64,000 nt of DNA from Eledone cirrhosa (taxonomy: Eukaryota), in the NCBI GenBank assembly GCA_964016885.1, contig OZ024740.1, forward strand, positions 265,980,001 through 266,044,000, written 5' to 3'. Positions 39,569 to 53,582 of this stretch are shown in pieces. Every line of letters begins with the position of its first letter. The first letter of the stretch is position 1. The notes under the pieces were generated by a model. The model had not been told where the DNA came from, did no database searches, and saw nothing but the letters and a program-made list of their open reading frames with translations. A program made the position numbers and the translations under genes.

Positions 39569-40099
39569 TTGGAGCTCTGAAATAGCAATATATATATGGA
39601 TGTATATATAATGTATTTTGCAATACACTTAATGCTTAATTAAAAGCATTTTGAAGACCGTAAGCTATTGTTTTAAAGTAGTGACAAATTCACTCACTTT
39701 GATCTCAGCAAACAGGGGAGATAAGCCGACAAGACTTGTTTCGCTTTGGTTGAAGGTTATCAATCCAACTACCGCACCTGTCTACTGAGATCATTGATGT
39801 TATATTCTTATAGAAATCTAGTAAATAATCAGGAACTGATTATGCAGAGCGGTTGTTGGTCAGGCAGAAATTAAAAATTAGAATTGGAGCCCTGAAATAC
39901 CAATATATTGCTATTGCTATAAGTGTATTGCAAAATACATTATATATACATCCATATATATATTGCTATTTCAGAGCTCCAATTCTAATTTTTATTTTCT
40001 GCCTGACCAACAACCGCTCTGCATAATCAGCTCCTGATTATTTACTAGATTTCTATAAGAATATAACATCAATGATCTCAGTAGACAGGTGGGGTAGTT

Positions 40100-40143
40100 G
40101 GCCTTGATAAGCTTCAACCAATGCGAAACATGTCTTGTCGGCT
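40100..40143 (+). ncRNA. Type I hammerhead, U3-A8 core variant (copy A)
   Basis: ggcc-TTGATAA-gcttcaaccaatgc-GAAA-ca tgtct tg-TC-ggct. Confidence 0.65.
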
Positions 40144-40415
40144 TATCTCCCCTGTTTGCTGAGATCAAAGTGAGTGAATTTGTCACTACTTTAAAACAAT
40201 AGCTAACGGTCTTCAAAATGCTTTTAATTAAGCATAAAGTGTATTGCAAAATACATTATATATACATCCATATATATATTGCTATTTCAGAGCTCCAATT
40301 CTAATTTTTAATTTCTGCCTGATCAACAACGGCTCTGCATAATCAGCTCCTGATTATTTACTAGATTTCTATAAGAATATAACATCAATGATCTCAGTAG
40401 ACAGGTGGGGTAGTT

Positions 40416-40459
40416 GGCCTTGATAAGTTTCAACCAAAGCGAAACAAGTCTTGTCGGCT
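40416..40459 (+). ncRNA. Type I hammerhead, U3-A8 core variant (copy B)
   Basis: ggcc-TTGATAA-gttt caacca aagc-GAAA-caa gtc ttg-TC-ggct; a third, damaged copy is on the minus strand at 39724-39767. Confidence 0.72.
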
Positions 40460-40583
40460 TATCTCCCCTGTTTGCTGAGATCAAAGTGTGTGAATTTGTC
40501 ACTACTTTAAAACAATAACTTACGGTCTTCAAAATGCTTTTAATTAAGCATAAAATGTATTGCAAAATACATTATATATACAT

Positions 40584-40647
<64 letters not shown>

Positions 40648-40859
40648 CTTTATAAAAAGGAAGTTTATAAGTTGCCCGCTAATACCACGAAATAAGACTG
40701 ATAATAATTAACTTTTTCCATGTGTTTTCAACTGATTTAACCTACATCAAGCTCTCTGTCGAATTATTTTCCGAAAATGGAATGGGGGGCTTAAGTTGTG
40801 GGAGAATTTACTGCTATTTCTAGCACAGTGGTAATTTCTCACTCATGCTATCTGATCCA

Positions 40860-42730
40860 CCTCTCCATCATACGCTCGGGTTAACAAGGGACGCGTCCAG
40901 GCCTTACGTAGAGAGGCCTGTTCGAAAAATATATTGAAATCTCCATTTCATGCCGGAAAAACTGCCGATGGGCCTACGACCTGTCTAGGGAGGCGTTGGA
41001 TGGACGCACAAAGGTTGCGTTTCCTAAGACCCCAAAGAGGGTCCGGAAGGGAATAAACCGTAACAGTTGGATCATGGAACATTATACCTCTTGCTGGCAA
41101 GGAGCAGGAAGTGAAGGAGGCTAAATGATACGACTAGATATAATCGGAGTTTCCTCAACAATGTTCCGTGGCTCTGATATTGAAGATTTGGATGGAGGAT
41201 GAAAACTCCACTATTCAAGTGTCACGCCAGAAAAGACTGCACAGACGTTAGAGCGGATTCTCACAAGGCATCGGCTGTCAGAATGTGTTATGGACTGGAT
41301 CCCATTAGGAGGGAGGTTTTGCCTTTTGAAGTTTAGGCTGAAAGATAGGTCTCTGTGGATGGTGCACATTTATGCACCAAATAACAATTCTGAATATAGA
41401 TCCATCCTTGATGAATTCACTGCAGCGTTAGATGTAGTTAAGACTGAGTCATACATCCTGAAGGGGAACTTCACCGCACATGTTGACACCTACCATCTGA
41501 CATGAAAAGGAGTGATTGGAGAGAGAGGCGACCCCGATCTAAATACGAATGGTGAAGTCTTATTAAACTTCTATTCTAGCGATGGACTCACTATTATGTA
41601 CACCTTCTTCCAGCACAGAGACATTCATAAATATACATTGTATAAGGGGAATCAGAGACAAAGATCAATAATGATTTTATTATCGTCTCGAATCCCTTTG
41701 GTTCTGTGCAGGATGATTGTGTTAAGAGGGGGGTTCTTCTGTCAATTGGTCCCCATCTAATTATCTGTAACTTGAGAAAACTTAAAACCAAAGAAGCCCC
41801 CAAAATGGCAGTTCCAGAGTGTCCTACAGGATAAAGTGGGAAGTATTGTTGGATAAGGTAGTCAGGACCAGGTATCCGGATACTATTGCATCCAAATTCA
41901 GAGAAATCCCTGAGCAAACTGAGGACGTTGAGACGGAGTGGAGATTGTTCAGCGCAGTAGTTTCTGCTTCAGCTGTTAAATGCTGCGGGTGAAAGGGGCT
42001 TATTGTGGCGCCGGATGGCAGGAGACCCCTTGATTCAATCAAGAGGTCAGAGATGCTATCCCAGCAAAGAAGGAGGCTTACAAAGCTTGGCTTGAAAACA
42101 AGTCCTCCTTCTTGCACTTGCGGTACACACAGGCAGGAAAGATTGCAGCAGAGTTAAGACATGGGAAGTCTTTGGGGTTAAGCTAGAATCCGACTCCAGA
42201 TCAGCAAAGAAAGTGTTCTGGTAGACCATCCGCTGACTTCGTAATAAGAAGCACTCCTCAGCGCCTGCTATCAAGACCAAGTCTGGGGATCTCCTCTCCT
42301 CAGAGAGGTGTTTTGTTTTGTTTTTTGCCTTGGATGCAACACAGCCGACCAAATATTCTCACTGCGGCAGGTATTCGAGAAATAGTGGGAGTTTTGCCAA
42401 GAAGTATATTCTTGTTTTGTCGACCTTGAGAAAGCATATGACTGCGTTCCTCGGGACTTGCTGCGGAAGGCTGTGCAGGTGTACGGGATCGAGTGTCAGC
42501 TTGCTGCTCTGATGTCTCTATACGAATGCCCGAGTATTTGTGTTCGGATAAATATTGCTAAATGGAAACCATTCAATGTGGGAGTCGTACTCCACCAAGG
42601 GTGCGTACTCTTACCTCCCTGTTCATTATTTACATGAACAGGATTGACATGCGCAGCCGTGTTGGTAGTTGTATCATGATTGGCGGATGTAAAATCAGTC
42701 GGCTGGAATTTGCAGACGTATTAACCTGCA
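40860..42730 (+). mobile_element. RTE-clade LINE (Expander/Rex3-like), heavily decayed, with 5' UTR
   Basis: GSWNIIPLAGKEQE...LDIIGVSST, IYAPN, GNFTAHV, FVDLEKAYD, EFADVL remnants; 5' UTR homologous to 61075-61252. Confidence 0.8.
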
Positions 42731-42999
42731 TAGCAATACATCCCTACTTGTCATTCTTATACTGCCCGATCAAACCCGAGATGATCCATACAGAAACAAT
42801 TATAATATGTAATAAAGTTAACAAAAAGCTTCAATTCTTATTGTCACTTCATATACACAATGCAAACTACAGCCGCCTTAAACCTGGAGTACAACCTAAT
42901 GAGAGACGGACACAGTAATAGCATCGAGTACTTCGATCAGCGTCGCCGCTAGTACCTACAAATTACCCTCATAATAACATATATATATGTATATATATA

Positions 43000-43364
43000 C
43001 AGTTTACCCCGGCTATTCGCGATCCCGACATTCGCGGTCCCGGTTATTCATGGAGTTATCTTTAGAACTTAATTAATAATTGTTCGTGGAAACCACCGCA
43101 TATTCACGGGATCGTAAATATTTCCAGGATTTTTAAATGCTTTTTTTGTGGCAATATATATATTTAACGCTAAGTTAATAATAATATACCGTATTTACCG
43201 GTCTATTGGACACCACTTCCCATAAGACGCTCCCTCTATTTTTATTATATTTTACGTTATATTTTGACGTCTATAGGCATTTTAATGGATCACGTCCAAT
43301 ATTCGCGGTTTTTCACACTTCGCGAGTGCTCTAGGAACGTAACCCTGCGAATACCGGGGGACAA

Positions 43365-43367
<3 letters not shown>
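43000..43367. mobile_element. Tc1/mariner-pogo (Tigger-like) MITE
   Basis: TA|cagtttaccccggctattcgcg ... gcgaataccgggggacaactg|TA imperfect TIRs with repeated attcgcg motifs. Confidence 0.75.
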
Positions 43368-43438
<71 letters not shown>

Positions 43439-44413
43439 TAAAATAACAGATTAAAGTTTAAGCAAAGAATCGCTGCTTTCACCCTTAACGGGATCTTCTG
43501 AAACTAACAAAGTCAATCTGTAAACGCAGTACTGGATATTTCAAAAAACGTTGCAACCGGAGGAAGACAGGAAGACGATACTTTGGTTCATGGTGACGTT
43601 CGCTGGCAAAGAACGGGAAAAAACGAATAATACGTCATTAATAGGAGCGGTGAAAAACAATTACGCGCAAAGACAGAACCACGTTTATGGTATAAAAGAG
43701 GTCGTAGACTAATGTTCTCTAAGTGGTTCATAGAGACGTTCTCTGGCAATGAACGAAAAAACGAAGATAATAAGTCATATGTGGAGCGTGGAGAACAATA
43801 GCACGCAAAGACAAAACCACGTAAATGGTATAGCAGAAGTTGTAGACTAAAATTCTAACTAGGAGACCGAATGAATCTCCGCTACAGAGTTAAGAACAAA
43901 GTAAATAAATACAATACTGAAGTAATAGAAACAAATAAATACATACGCGCAAACAGATACGTACATACACAAGCATACGCAAAACCTTACCATAGGTATA
44001 CAAAACCACGCACATATAAATATGTGTATGTGTGTATGCTTGTGTACAAATAAATAAATAAGTATATAAACGTATAAAATAAATAAATACGTATATAACA
44101 AGCGCACACACATACCTACAAATAAATACACGAAGGTTCGGAGACGTAAGTCAACTAAAACAAGAAGTACACATATACACACACCCACCATACGTACGAA
44201 CCTGCATACTCACGCAGACGCAAAACTCCCATATACACATAACCAAACCCTAAATACCAGAATATGTAAAAATTATACGCCGTAACAGTCAAATATACGT
44301 ACGAGAAGGTATACATACCTTCACAAAACATACGGGTAATATATACTTACCTATGCAAATAAGTAAAGGAATAAACAAAACATATACTTAGCTCCCACAT
44401 CAAGACGTAAAAT

Positions 44414-45583
44414 GAGGTTCCTGATCTTATTGGCCTTTTCCTTCTTTTCTCTATCAAGGACGAATTCCCCAACGCGGGCGGTGGTTTGTACCGTGACGAT
44501 GGTCTTTTGACCATGACTAAGTGCGGACCTCGTGCTTGCGACAGATTCAGAAAAGAACTCACAGCCTTCTTTAAAGGCTTCAACCTCTCTATACAGGTTG
44601 AGGCCAATCTCTAGGTCGTTAATTACCTCGACGTTACCCTCAATTTATTGAATGGGTTGTATTACCCGTATAGAAAGCCGAATGATACGCTTAATTACAT
44701 AAGTAAGCATTCCAACCATCCTGCCAGCATAACCAAGAACCTGGTAAAAAACGTTTCGTTGAGGCTTTCCCGTCTTTCCACCAACGTGCGCATTTTCAAC
44801 GACCATTCCAATTATTACAATGAAGCTCTTGCTCGAAGTGGATTTGTCGATAGGGTAGCATATACAGAGTACGAGAATAGACCTAGAAGAAATAGATCCC
44901 GTCGCATTATATGGTATAACCCACCATATAATATGGAGGTGGCCACACCATTAGCTAAGATCTTTCTATCCCTTATTACGAAGCATTTTTCCCCTACACA
45001 TAAATATAGTAAAATTTTTAATAGAAATACTATTAAAATTTCTTACTCTACGACTCTTAACCTTGCATATAACATCACAGCTTCAAATTTAGCTAAACTA
45101 CCTAGCCGTAGGAACACGTGCAACCCTGTAGTTAGTACTAACTGTAATTGTAGGAATCGGGCTGATTGTCCCCTATCCGGGAAATGCCTCTCTAGTAACA
45201 TTGTCTACAAATGTAAGGTTGTAACACCCACGACCCGTAGCGCCTACATAGGGTTAACCACCAATAGATTCAAGCAGCGTCTTTACATGCATACCCATTC
45301 TTTTCGTTACCCTCTAAGAAGGAATATGACGTCACTTTCAGCTTATATCTGGAGTCTAAAAGACAACCACACCCAATATAAGTTACACTGGGAGATCCTA
45401 GCTAGGGCTAGATCGTATAACGGAAATAAAAGACCATGTGACCTCTGCGCCGCTGAGGCCCTGGAAATACTCTACGCCACAGACCACATCTTAAACAAAA
45501 AATCTGAGGCAATTTCGGCTTGTAAACATAAATTGCACAAAACTTTCCTGTATTACAGCCCCACGTTATACCCTAACGGATAG
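44414..45583 (+). pseudogene. Penelope RT C-terminal half plus GIY-YIG endonuclease (one in-frame TAG at ~44612, 5'-truncated)
   Basis: GLYRDDGL, NYLDVTLNL, PYRKPN, SNHP, WYNPPY, CNCRNRADCPLSGKC, IVYKC...AYIGLT, FKQRLYMH, CDLC. Confidence 0.9.
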
Positions 45584-46509
45584 CACGATCTGTACGTGAA
45601 TATTTTACGTCTTGATGTGGGAGCTAAGTATATGTTTTGTTTATTCCTTTACTTATTTGCATAGGTAAGTATATATTACCCGTATGTTTTGTGAAGGTAT
45701 GTATACCTTCTCGTACGTATATTTGACTGTTACGGCGTATAATTTTTACATATTCTGGTATTTAGGGTTTGGTTATGTGTATATGGGAGTTTTGCGTCTG
45801 CGTGAGTATGCAGGTTCGTACGTATGGTGGGTGTGTGTATATGTGTACTTCTTGTTTTAGTTGACTTACGTCTCCGAACCTTCGTGTATTTATTTGTAGG
45901 TATGTGTGTGCGCTTGTTATATACGTATTTATTTATTTTATACGTTTATATACTTATTTATTTATTTGTACACAAGCATACACACATACACATATTTATA
46001 TGTGCGTGGTTTTGTATACCTATGGTAAGGTTTTGCGTATGCTTGTGTATGTACGTATCTGTTTGCGCGTATGTATTTATTTGTTTCTATTACTTCAGTA
46101 TTGTATTTATTTACTTTGTTCTTAACTCTGTAGCGGAGATTCATTCGGTCTCCTAGTTAGAATTTTAGTCTACAACTTCTGCTATACCATTTACGTGGTT
46201 TTGTCTTTGCGTGCTATTGTTCTCCACGCTCCACATATGACTTATTATCTTCGTTTTTTCGTTCATTGCCAGAGAACGTCTCTATGCACCACTTAGAGAA
46301 CATTAGTCTACGACCTCTTTTATACCATAAACGTGGTTCTGTCTTTGCGCGTAATTGTTTTTCACCGCTCCTATTAATGGCGCATTATTCGTTTTTTCCC
46401 GTTCTTTGCCAGCGAACGTCACCATGAACCAAAGTATCGTCTTCCTGTCTTCCTCCGGTTGCAACGTTTTTTGAAATATCCAGTACTGCGTTTACAGATT
46501 GACTTTGTT

Positions 46510-46560
46510 AGTTTCAGAAGATCCCGTTAAGGGTGAAAGCAGCGATTCTTTGCTTAAACT
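46510..46560 (+). ncRNA. Hammerhead-like motif in the Penelope pLTR (U4->A core change); mirror copy at 43455-43505 on the minus strand
   Basis: agttt-CAGAAGA-t ccc gttaa ggg t-GAAA-gca...tgc-TT-aaact. Confidence 0.6.
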
Positions 46561-46666
46561 TTAATCTGTTATTTTAATAAATATTTGCTCTTCGGTTCTT
46601 ATATATTTGATATATATTTTCCTTATCGAGCCCTCTTTGGATTTTAGTCTTCAATTTTATTATTAT

Positions 46667-46733
<67 letters not shown>

Positions 46734-47275
46734 TGTATATATACACACACACGCACACACTTAGGCACAAATACAACACAAGTTTCTTTTCTCTCAATTC
46801 ATGAGAAACAGTGTTGACATACACACACACACACAAACACATTCATATATATATATACATATAAGTACATACATACATACATACATACATACATACATAC
46901 ATACATACATACATACATACATACATACATACATACATACATACATTAATGTGTGTGTGAGTCAGTGTGTGTGTAAGAGAGAGACAGTTTATTTCGTTAA
47001 TATTCATTTGTGAAAAGATCCCCTTAACATTGAATATTATGAATATTGATCATTTGACTCTACGGAAGCTTGTGACGATAACAGCAACTAATTTATGTTA
47101 ATTTATATTGACAAGGAAAACGATACGTTTTATTTGTTCTACATATAGATATCATTGCTGGAAGTGAATTTGTTCCGTAAGGAACAATTCTTACACTATT
47201 ACAAATATCGTTTCTAATGATAGCAGCAATATATATATAAATACATATAGATGTGTGTATATATACACACATATA

Positions 47276-47357
<82 letters not shown>

Positions 47358-47541
47358 AATTGTTTCTACTTTAGGCACAGGGCCAGCAATTACCCAGTGC
47401 ATTACTGGTACTTTATTTTATCGACCCCGTAAGGATGAAAGGCAAAGTCAACCTCGGCAGGATTTGAACTCAGATCGTAAAGGGACGTAACTATGCTGGA
47501 AAGCATGGCGTCCGACCCTCTACCGATACTGCCAATCCACC
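47358..47541 (-). mobile_element. tRNA-derived SINE
   Basis: Reverse complement of the 32381 family; (TAA)n flanks. Confidence 0.88.
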
Positions 47542-47555
47542 ATAATAATAATAAT

Positions 47556-47731
47556 AATGTTTCTACTTTTGGCACAAGGCCAGCAATTACCCCCAGCGCA
47601 CTACTGGTGCTTTGTTTTATCAACCTCGTAAGGATGAAAGGCAAAACTAACTTCGGCCGGATTTGAACCCAGAACGTAAATGGCCATAACTCTATTCTGT
47701 AAAGCATTGTGTCTGGCGCTCTAACGATACA
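47556..47731 (-). mobile_element. tRNA-derived SINE (tandem second copy)
   Basis: Same family. Confidence 0.85.
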
Positions 47732-47734
47732 GCC

Positions 47735-48350
47735 ATTGACAAGGAGAAGGTTAGCCCACTCTGTAGGATCTGTAGAGAAAGAGAGGAAACTGTGGCTCAC
47801 ATCGTATCCGAGTGTAAACACCTAGCCCAGACTCACTGTAAAAGATGGAGGCACGATATAATAGGAAAGGTGATTTACTGGCATTTATGCAAAGTAAATA
47901 ATTTACTACTGAGCATAAGCTAGAGTCGGTGATAGAAAACGATCGAGTGAAGGCGCTATGGGATTTCAGGATACAGAGAGACAACAAATTAGAACACAAT
48001 AGGCCTGACCTGGTGGTTTTTGACAAGGAAAAAAGATCATCCCTGATTGTAGATGCAAGAGTGTAAGAAAGGGAAAAGTAGAAAATTAACTGATACTAAG
48101 GTTTAAAGTGGGTATTTAAAAAGATTTGGGACTGTCATGATATCAAGGTCGTCCCGATTGTCATAGGAGAACTAGAAATCTCGAAGAGTTTTCAAGGATG
48201 GTTTTTTGGAACACTTCAAAAGGTATGCTTGCTGGGAACATCAAGGACCCGATACATCCTGAATATCTGAGGCTACAGATAGTGGCTTGATGTTTATTTG
48301 AACAAACTTTCCAGTTAAATAACATCAATGACTGAGACTTCAAGAAAATA
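47735..48350 (+). mobile_element. Second R4/Dong-type RLE LINE family, 3' fragment
   Basis: PLCRICREREETVAHIVSECKHLAQ and ENDRVKALWDFRIQRDNKLEHNRPDLVV; ends in (TAA)n. Confidence 0.82.
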
Positions 48351-48364
48351 ATGATAATAATAAT

Positions 48365-48543
48365 AATTGTTTCTACTTTTGGCACAAGGCCAGCAGTTAT
48401 CACAGTGCATTACTGGTGCTTTTTTTATCGATCCCGTACGGATGAAAGGCAAAGTTAACCTCAGCAGGATTTGAACACAGAACGTAAAGGGCCATAACTA
48501 TGTGCTGCAAAGCATGGTGTCTGACGCTCTACCGATACTGCAA
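48365..48543 (-). mobile_element. tRNA-derived SINE
   Basis: Same family. Confidence 0.85.
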
Positions 48544-50643
48544 TGATAATAATAGTAATGAGTATAGCCGACGTTGCAGCTGCACTATAGCAGATGCTCA
48601 TCAAATTACAAGAGGCAGTCACGAAAGCACACAAATTTATGAGAAATTGACGCATTTTCAACCAGAGTGAACACAAAAAGTTAATATACATATACTTATA
48701 TACGATGACACGCAAATTCGTGAAGCGTTCCGTATTTTTTACAAGGGTGGTGCCCCAGCATGGCCTCAGCCGAATGGCAGGAATAGTTAAAAGAGTAAAA
48801 GAGTAATATATATATATATACATGGATTCCCGATAAATATCGGGAGGTGAAAACAGATAAAATAGGTACTCAATACGTTAGTAGAATATAGGCATCTTTA
48901 TTTTATTATAGAAATGAATCCTACAGGACTATAACGTCTTACGAATAAAGCATTTTTAGTTCTGAAAGAGTAATTTCTATGTTAAAATAAAGATATATAT
49001 CTATATCTACCTATCTCTATATATATACGTTTGCTGTTACAGGTGCCTGTGAGTGTATGAGGTTATATGGTGTTATTACTGCTTTTGTGTGTTAATGTTT
49101 ACAGACTGTAATATTCTATACAATTATCAAGTGTCTACAGAAGGAAAGTTGTATATTTTCAACATCACTGAAGCAGGGCACAGAAGGAATTATGCAGAGA
49201 GTTTGAAAGCATTTCTCTTGTGGCAGAGAAAGATGTTGACAAATTTATGAAGGTGCATATGTTTAAAGAGGCGTATGATTCTATAAAGATTATGATTTAA
49301 ACTTACTATTTGTTTTGAAATATGCTATATAGTGTGTCATTCACAAGTTGGGCAGACCCTGTGACTTTGCAATATTCCGTCTAATCATACTTATTTCTAA
49401 AGTCTCAAATTAATAACCACATTTACCCAGCTTCTTGAATCATTATCCCTCTTTAATTGCCATCAGTATGGCTTCCTTAAAGCTAAAGCTGCTAGAGGTC
49501 TGCTATTGTATGGCATTTTCTAGGTCCCCAAAGTCGAGAAAATTGATGAAAACAAAGTTTACTACTGATAATTTCTTGATTTGCAACGATTTAAACGGTT
49601 TCAGTGAAACGTTAATGGTATCGATTTCACAAGTCTCGATGTACTTGCGGATGTTATTGATACAGACCCTCTCTCAAGACCAAATGAATAAAAAACATTC
49701 TCATATCATTAATGAAAAATATTAGAGTTTATTTTTGTCAGAAGTTTGCAAATATTTGGGAAAATAATATAGACGACTGGATCGATTTAAAATAATTATG
49801 TGCTACTTATTTCATTGAACGTGTATTGATTAAAAACAAAGTTGACCCCAAAGGGATTTGAACCTAGAACATATTAGTGAGAAAATATTTGGTACATCAA
49901 GGTGCGTTTTTAATCGCGACTTTCTAATACGCCTGCTTCTACATCTCCGTTCCTAATCCAAATTATTCTAAACACCCAAATCTCCTAACACAATAGCAGA
50001 AAGAAAAATGAAGAAATACACCTTATTAGATGCTTCTTTCTTTTTGTTTTCTCGTTTTCGAGCACATATGCCAATGTCTAATAGTGCAATCTCTTATTGA
50101 CAGATGATACTGAGACCAGAAGAAAATTTCCTACTTCCCATTTTCCTTCCTATTCAATTTATACTCTGCTTTTCTCATCCACATTATCTTCCAGCTATTT
50201 TCTTCATCTCCCTGAACGCTTTCTCCGTTTTCTCTAATTATCTCACCTTTTTCGTCTTGTTATTTCAAATGATTGTGTTTGTTGGTTTTGTTTACGTTGT
50301 TTCTGTTTGTTTTTGTTGTTTGTTGTTTGTTGTTTTGTGTGTGGGGGGGGGGGGGGGGGGGATTTGTTGTTGTCGTTTTACTTTTCTATTGACATTGTTC
50401 GTTTTAATGGTTTTATTTTATTTGATTTTGTTTTATTTCATGCGTTTTAATAGTTTTATTATATTGTTTTCTATATCTTTATTTTATTTGCTTCGTTGCT
50501 TTTTTTTAAAAGATCGGTGAGTTATATAGAAAAGGAAATAATTCACAAGCAACTAGTTACTGTGTTAAAATAAAATTCCGCTGAGACAAAACTCTGGGAA
50601 ATAAAGAATATAAGAAAACAAAAACAATATATATATGTATAGA

Positions 50644-50739
<96 letters not shown>

Positions 50740-51228
50740 CATACATACATACATACATACATACATACATACATACATACATACATACATACATACATAC
50801 ATACATACATACATAAAAACAAACCTGTGAATAGAAAAGGTGAAATAAAAAAGAGAATTGAAAAAGAAGAAACAGAAATTTAATGAAAGTTAGAAAATGG
50901 CTGGAAGCGTTGTAAGGAAATAGCGTTTCTTCGTCACGGGAACCTCAAAGACATCAAATTAGGTGTCAAAAAGTTTGAAGGGAAAAAATTAGAGGCTTTT
51001 CACATATTACATTTTAAGATCGCAGCAAAATTAGAGCCTTTAGCTATGTGTGTGTGTATGAGAGAGAAGAGAAAGATAAAGTAGGGGATAGTGAGAGACA
51101 GTGGGGAAATGAAACCTAATGAGAGAGAGTGTGTGTGGGAGAGTGAGTGCGCATGTATGTTTGTTTGTGTGTGTGTGTATGCGTTATTTATGCATGTATC
51201 TATGTGATATGTATGTATGGCAGTAGGT

Positions 51229-51316
<88 letters not shown>

Positions 51317-51353
51317 CATACATATATATATATATACGTGTGTGCATATATAC

Positions 51354-51456
<103 letters not shown>

Positions 51457-51492
51457 TATATACATATGTGATATGTATGTATGGCAGTAGGT

Positions 51493-51550
<58 letters not shown>

Positions 51551-51563
51551 TATACGTTTGTGC

Positions 51564-51629
<66 letters not shown>

Positions 51630-52009
51630 GTATGTATACATACAAACACAGATATGTATACATACATTCACACACTCATACATACATACATAATACATGT
51701 ACAAAACACCTTTTTTTTTATTTACACCAAAATGAAAACGAATTTCAAAGTGAAGCTACTTTTACCGGATGTGATCTTCGCAGAGCATTCATTTTAGCAG
51801 ATCTGAATGAAACATAGTACACCTATGTAATTTCTTTAAAATTATTTCTGATCCTATCTTTTTGATACTATTTTACATAAGAGAAACACAACATATATGA
51901 TGTAAGGCGAGAAAACATACAGATTTATTATAGAAGTGAGAAGGGAGTATAAAAGAACTGACAGATGAAGAAAACAAAAAGAATTAAATTATAGAACAAA
52001 ACGAAATTC

Positions 52010-52415
52010 TACCGACAACAACAGCATCAACAAAACCTATGACAACACCAATAACACAATCTTTTGACAGGAACAATAACAAGATATGATAGCAACAACG
52101 ACGACAAAATCTAATGACAATAACAACACTAATTATAACAGCAATAACAAAACCTAATGAACAACAACATTACCTAATGACAACATCAACAACAACATCA
52201 CCACTTAATGACAACAACAACATCAACAACATCACCTAATGACAACAACAACAAATCTAACAACAAAATCTAATAACAAAAACAACGACACCAAAATCGA
52301 ATAAGAATAATAACAACAACAAAATCTAATTAAAACAATAACAACAACAGCAAGAACAAAATCTAATAATGACAACACGAGCAAGAAGAAAACAATAACA
52401 GCAAGGCAGCGACAT

Positions 52416-52470
<55 letters not shown>
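52010..52470. repeat. Degenerate (CAA)n/ctaatgacaac minisatellite plus (GAT)n
   Basis: Direct reading. Confidence 0.8.
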
Positions 52471-52471
<1 letters not shown>

Positions 52472-53490
52472 GTGATTGCGGTGGTAGAAAAATAGCTGCA
52501 AAGTTGGGAAATAAACAGAAGAAAAACAAAGCATGGAATAGCGTAAACGAGTGCTATCGTTATAAAAGACCAGGCTTGTTTTATTGTGTGCAATGGCATC
52601 ACAGTTTCCTTAACATGAATAGCTGTACGGCTCGGCTTTTCTCTTCTCCTCGGGCACACCTATCTTGCACCGTTTGCTTGGCACTCGAATTTTACTTCAG
52701 TTTTGTTTGTTTTGTCGTTCAATTTTCTTATTTTATTTCTTATATATTTTTTATATCTATCTTATTTTTGTTGTGTTTATATTTTATTTATTGTTAATCA
52801 CTTGTTTTTTTTTTTTTGTGTCTTGTTCTCTCTTCTTTTTGTTTTGTTTTTTTTGCCCCACAGAATTTCAACTCGACTTCAAAGGCGGTTCATACACAGA
52901 GGGGAGCCGTCTTCACGAACGCACACACACTTATCATGGGCTCTAGTAATATGCTGATGAAGGCGAAGAAAGTTTTTATTAGACGTTCTCAAATCGCCCA
53001 CAGATATACTAAGTATCACACATATTCAGAAAAGAATTTCACGCTGTGCAGTAAACTAACTATTTAAGCCGGCAACAGAGTAAGCAAGCGCCAACTAGCC
53101 GCATATATTATATGCAGATACACATATGTAAGTATATATTTGATTCAATAAATATCTACGTAAGAAATGCATATGTGAGTATATTTGTTAATGTAATCAT
53201 ATAAATGGTCGTAGACATTGACGGATATAAATGTTTGTGTGTCTGTGTATGTGCATGTGCGTACCAGTGTGTGCATGTATTCACACTCAAAAAATTATAT
53301 AATAATTTTATCTTGCAATGACAAAACAAGCTTTCTGCCTGCTTATTAAAAATGAAGATATGGTATATAACATAATTTTTCATATTTTACGTATATGTGT
53401 GTTTGTTCTATGGCATTAAAGAAACACACACACACATACATACATATATATATGTGTGTGTGTGTATGCGTGTGTGTGTGTGCGTATGTA

Positions 53491-53582
<92 letters not shown>

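Larger units (their letters stand above)
39562..40590. repeat. 316-bp unit: one inverted copy plus two tandem copies (retrozyme/pLTR-like) in (TA)n
   Basis: 39562-39910 is inverted relative to 39920-40590; period 316 bp (40101 vs 40417; ORF starts 40249 vs 40565). Confidence 0.9.
43431..46670 (+). mobile_element. Penelope-like element (Naiad-like), 5'-truncated, with inverted pseudo-LTR
   Basis: 43431-44413 and 45602-46584 are near-identical 983-bp inverted repeats around an RT/GIY-YIG coding segment; (TA)n on both sides. Confidence 0.93.

Noticed and set aside
42770-42812. Degenerate gatga...GAAACAATTATA hammerhead remnant
   Set aside because: The core and stem I cannot be completed.
49030-49256. 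Possible coding exons (acceptors at ~49042 and ~49140)
   Set aside because: There are stops in the plausible frames and no recognisable protein motif.
52948-53027. Hammerhead-like aatatg-CTGATGA-aggcga...tcgcc...catatt
   Set aside because: GAAA is absent and extra bases flank stem III; at best a heavily decayed motif.
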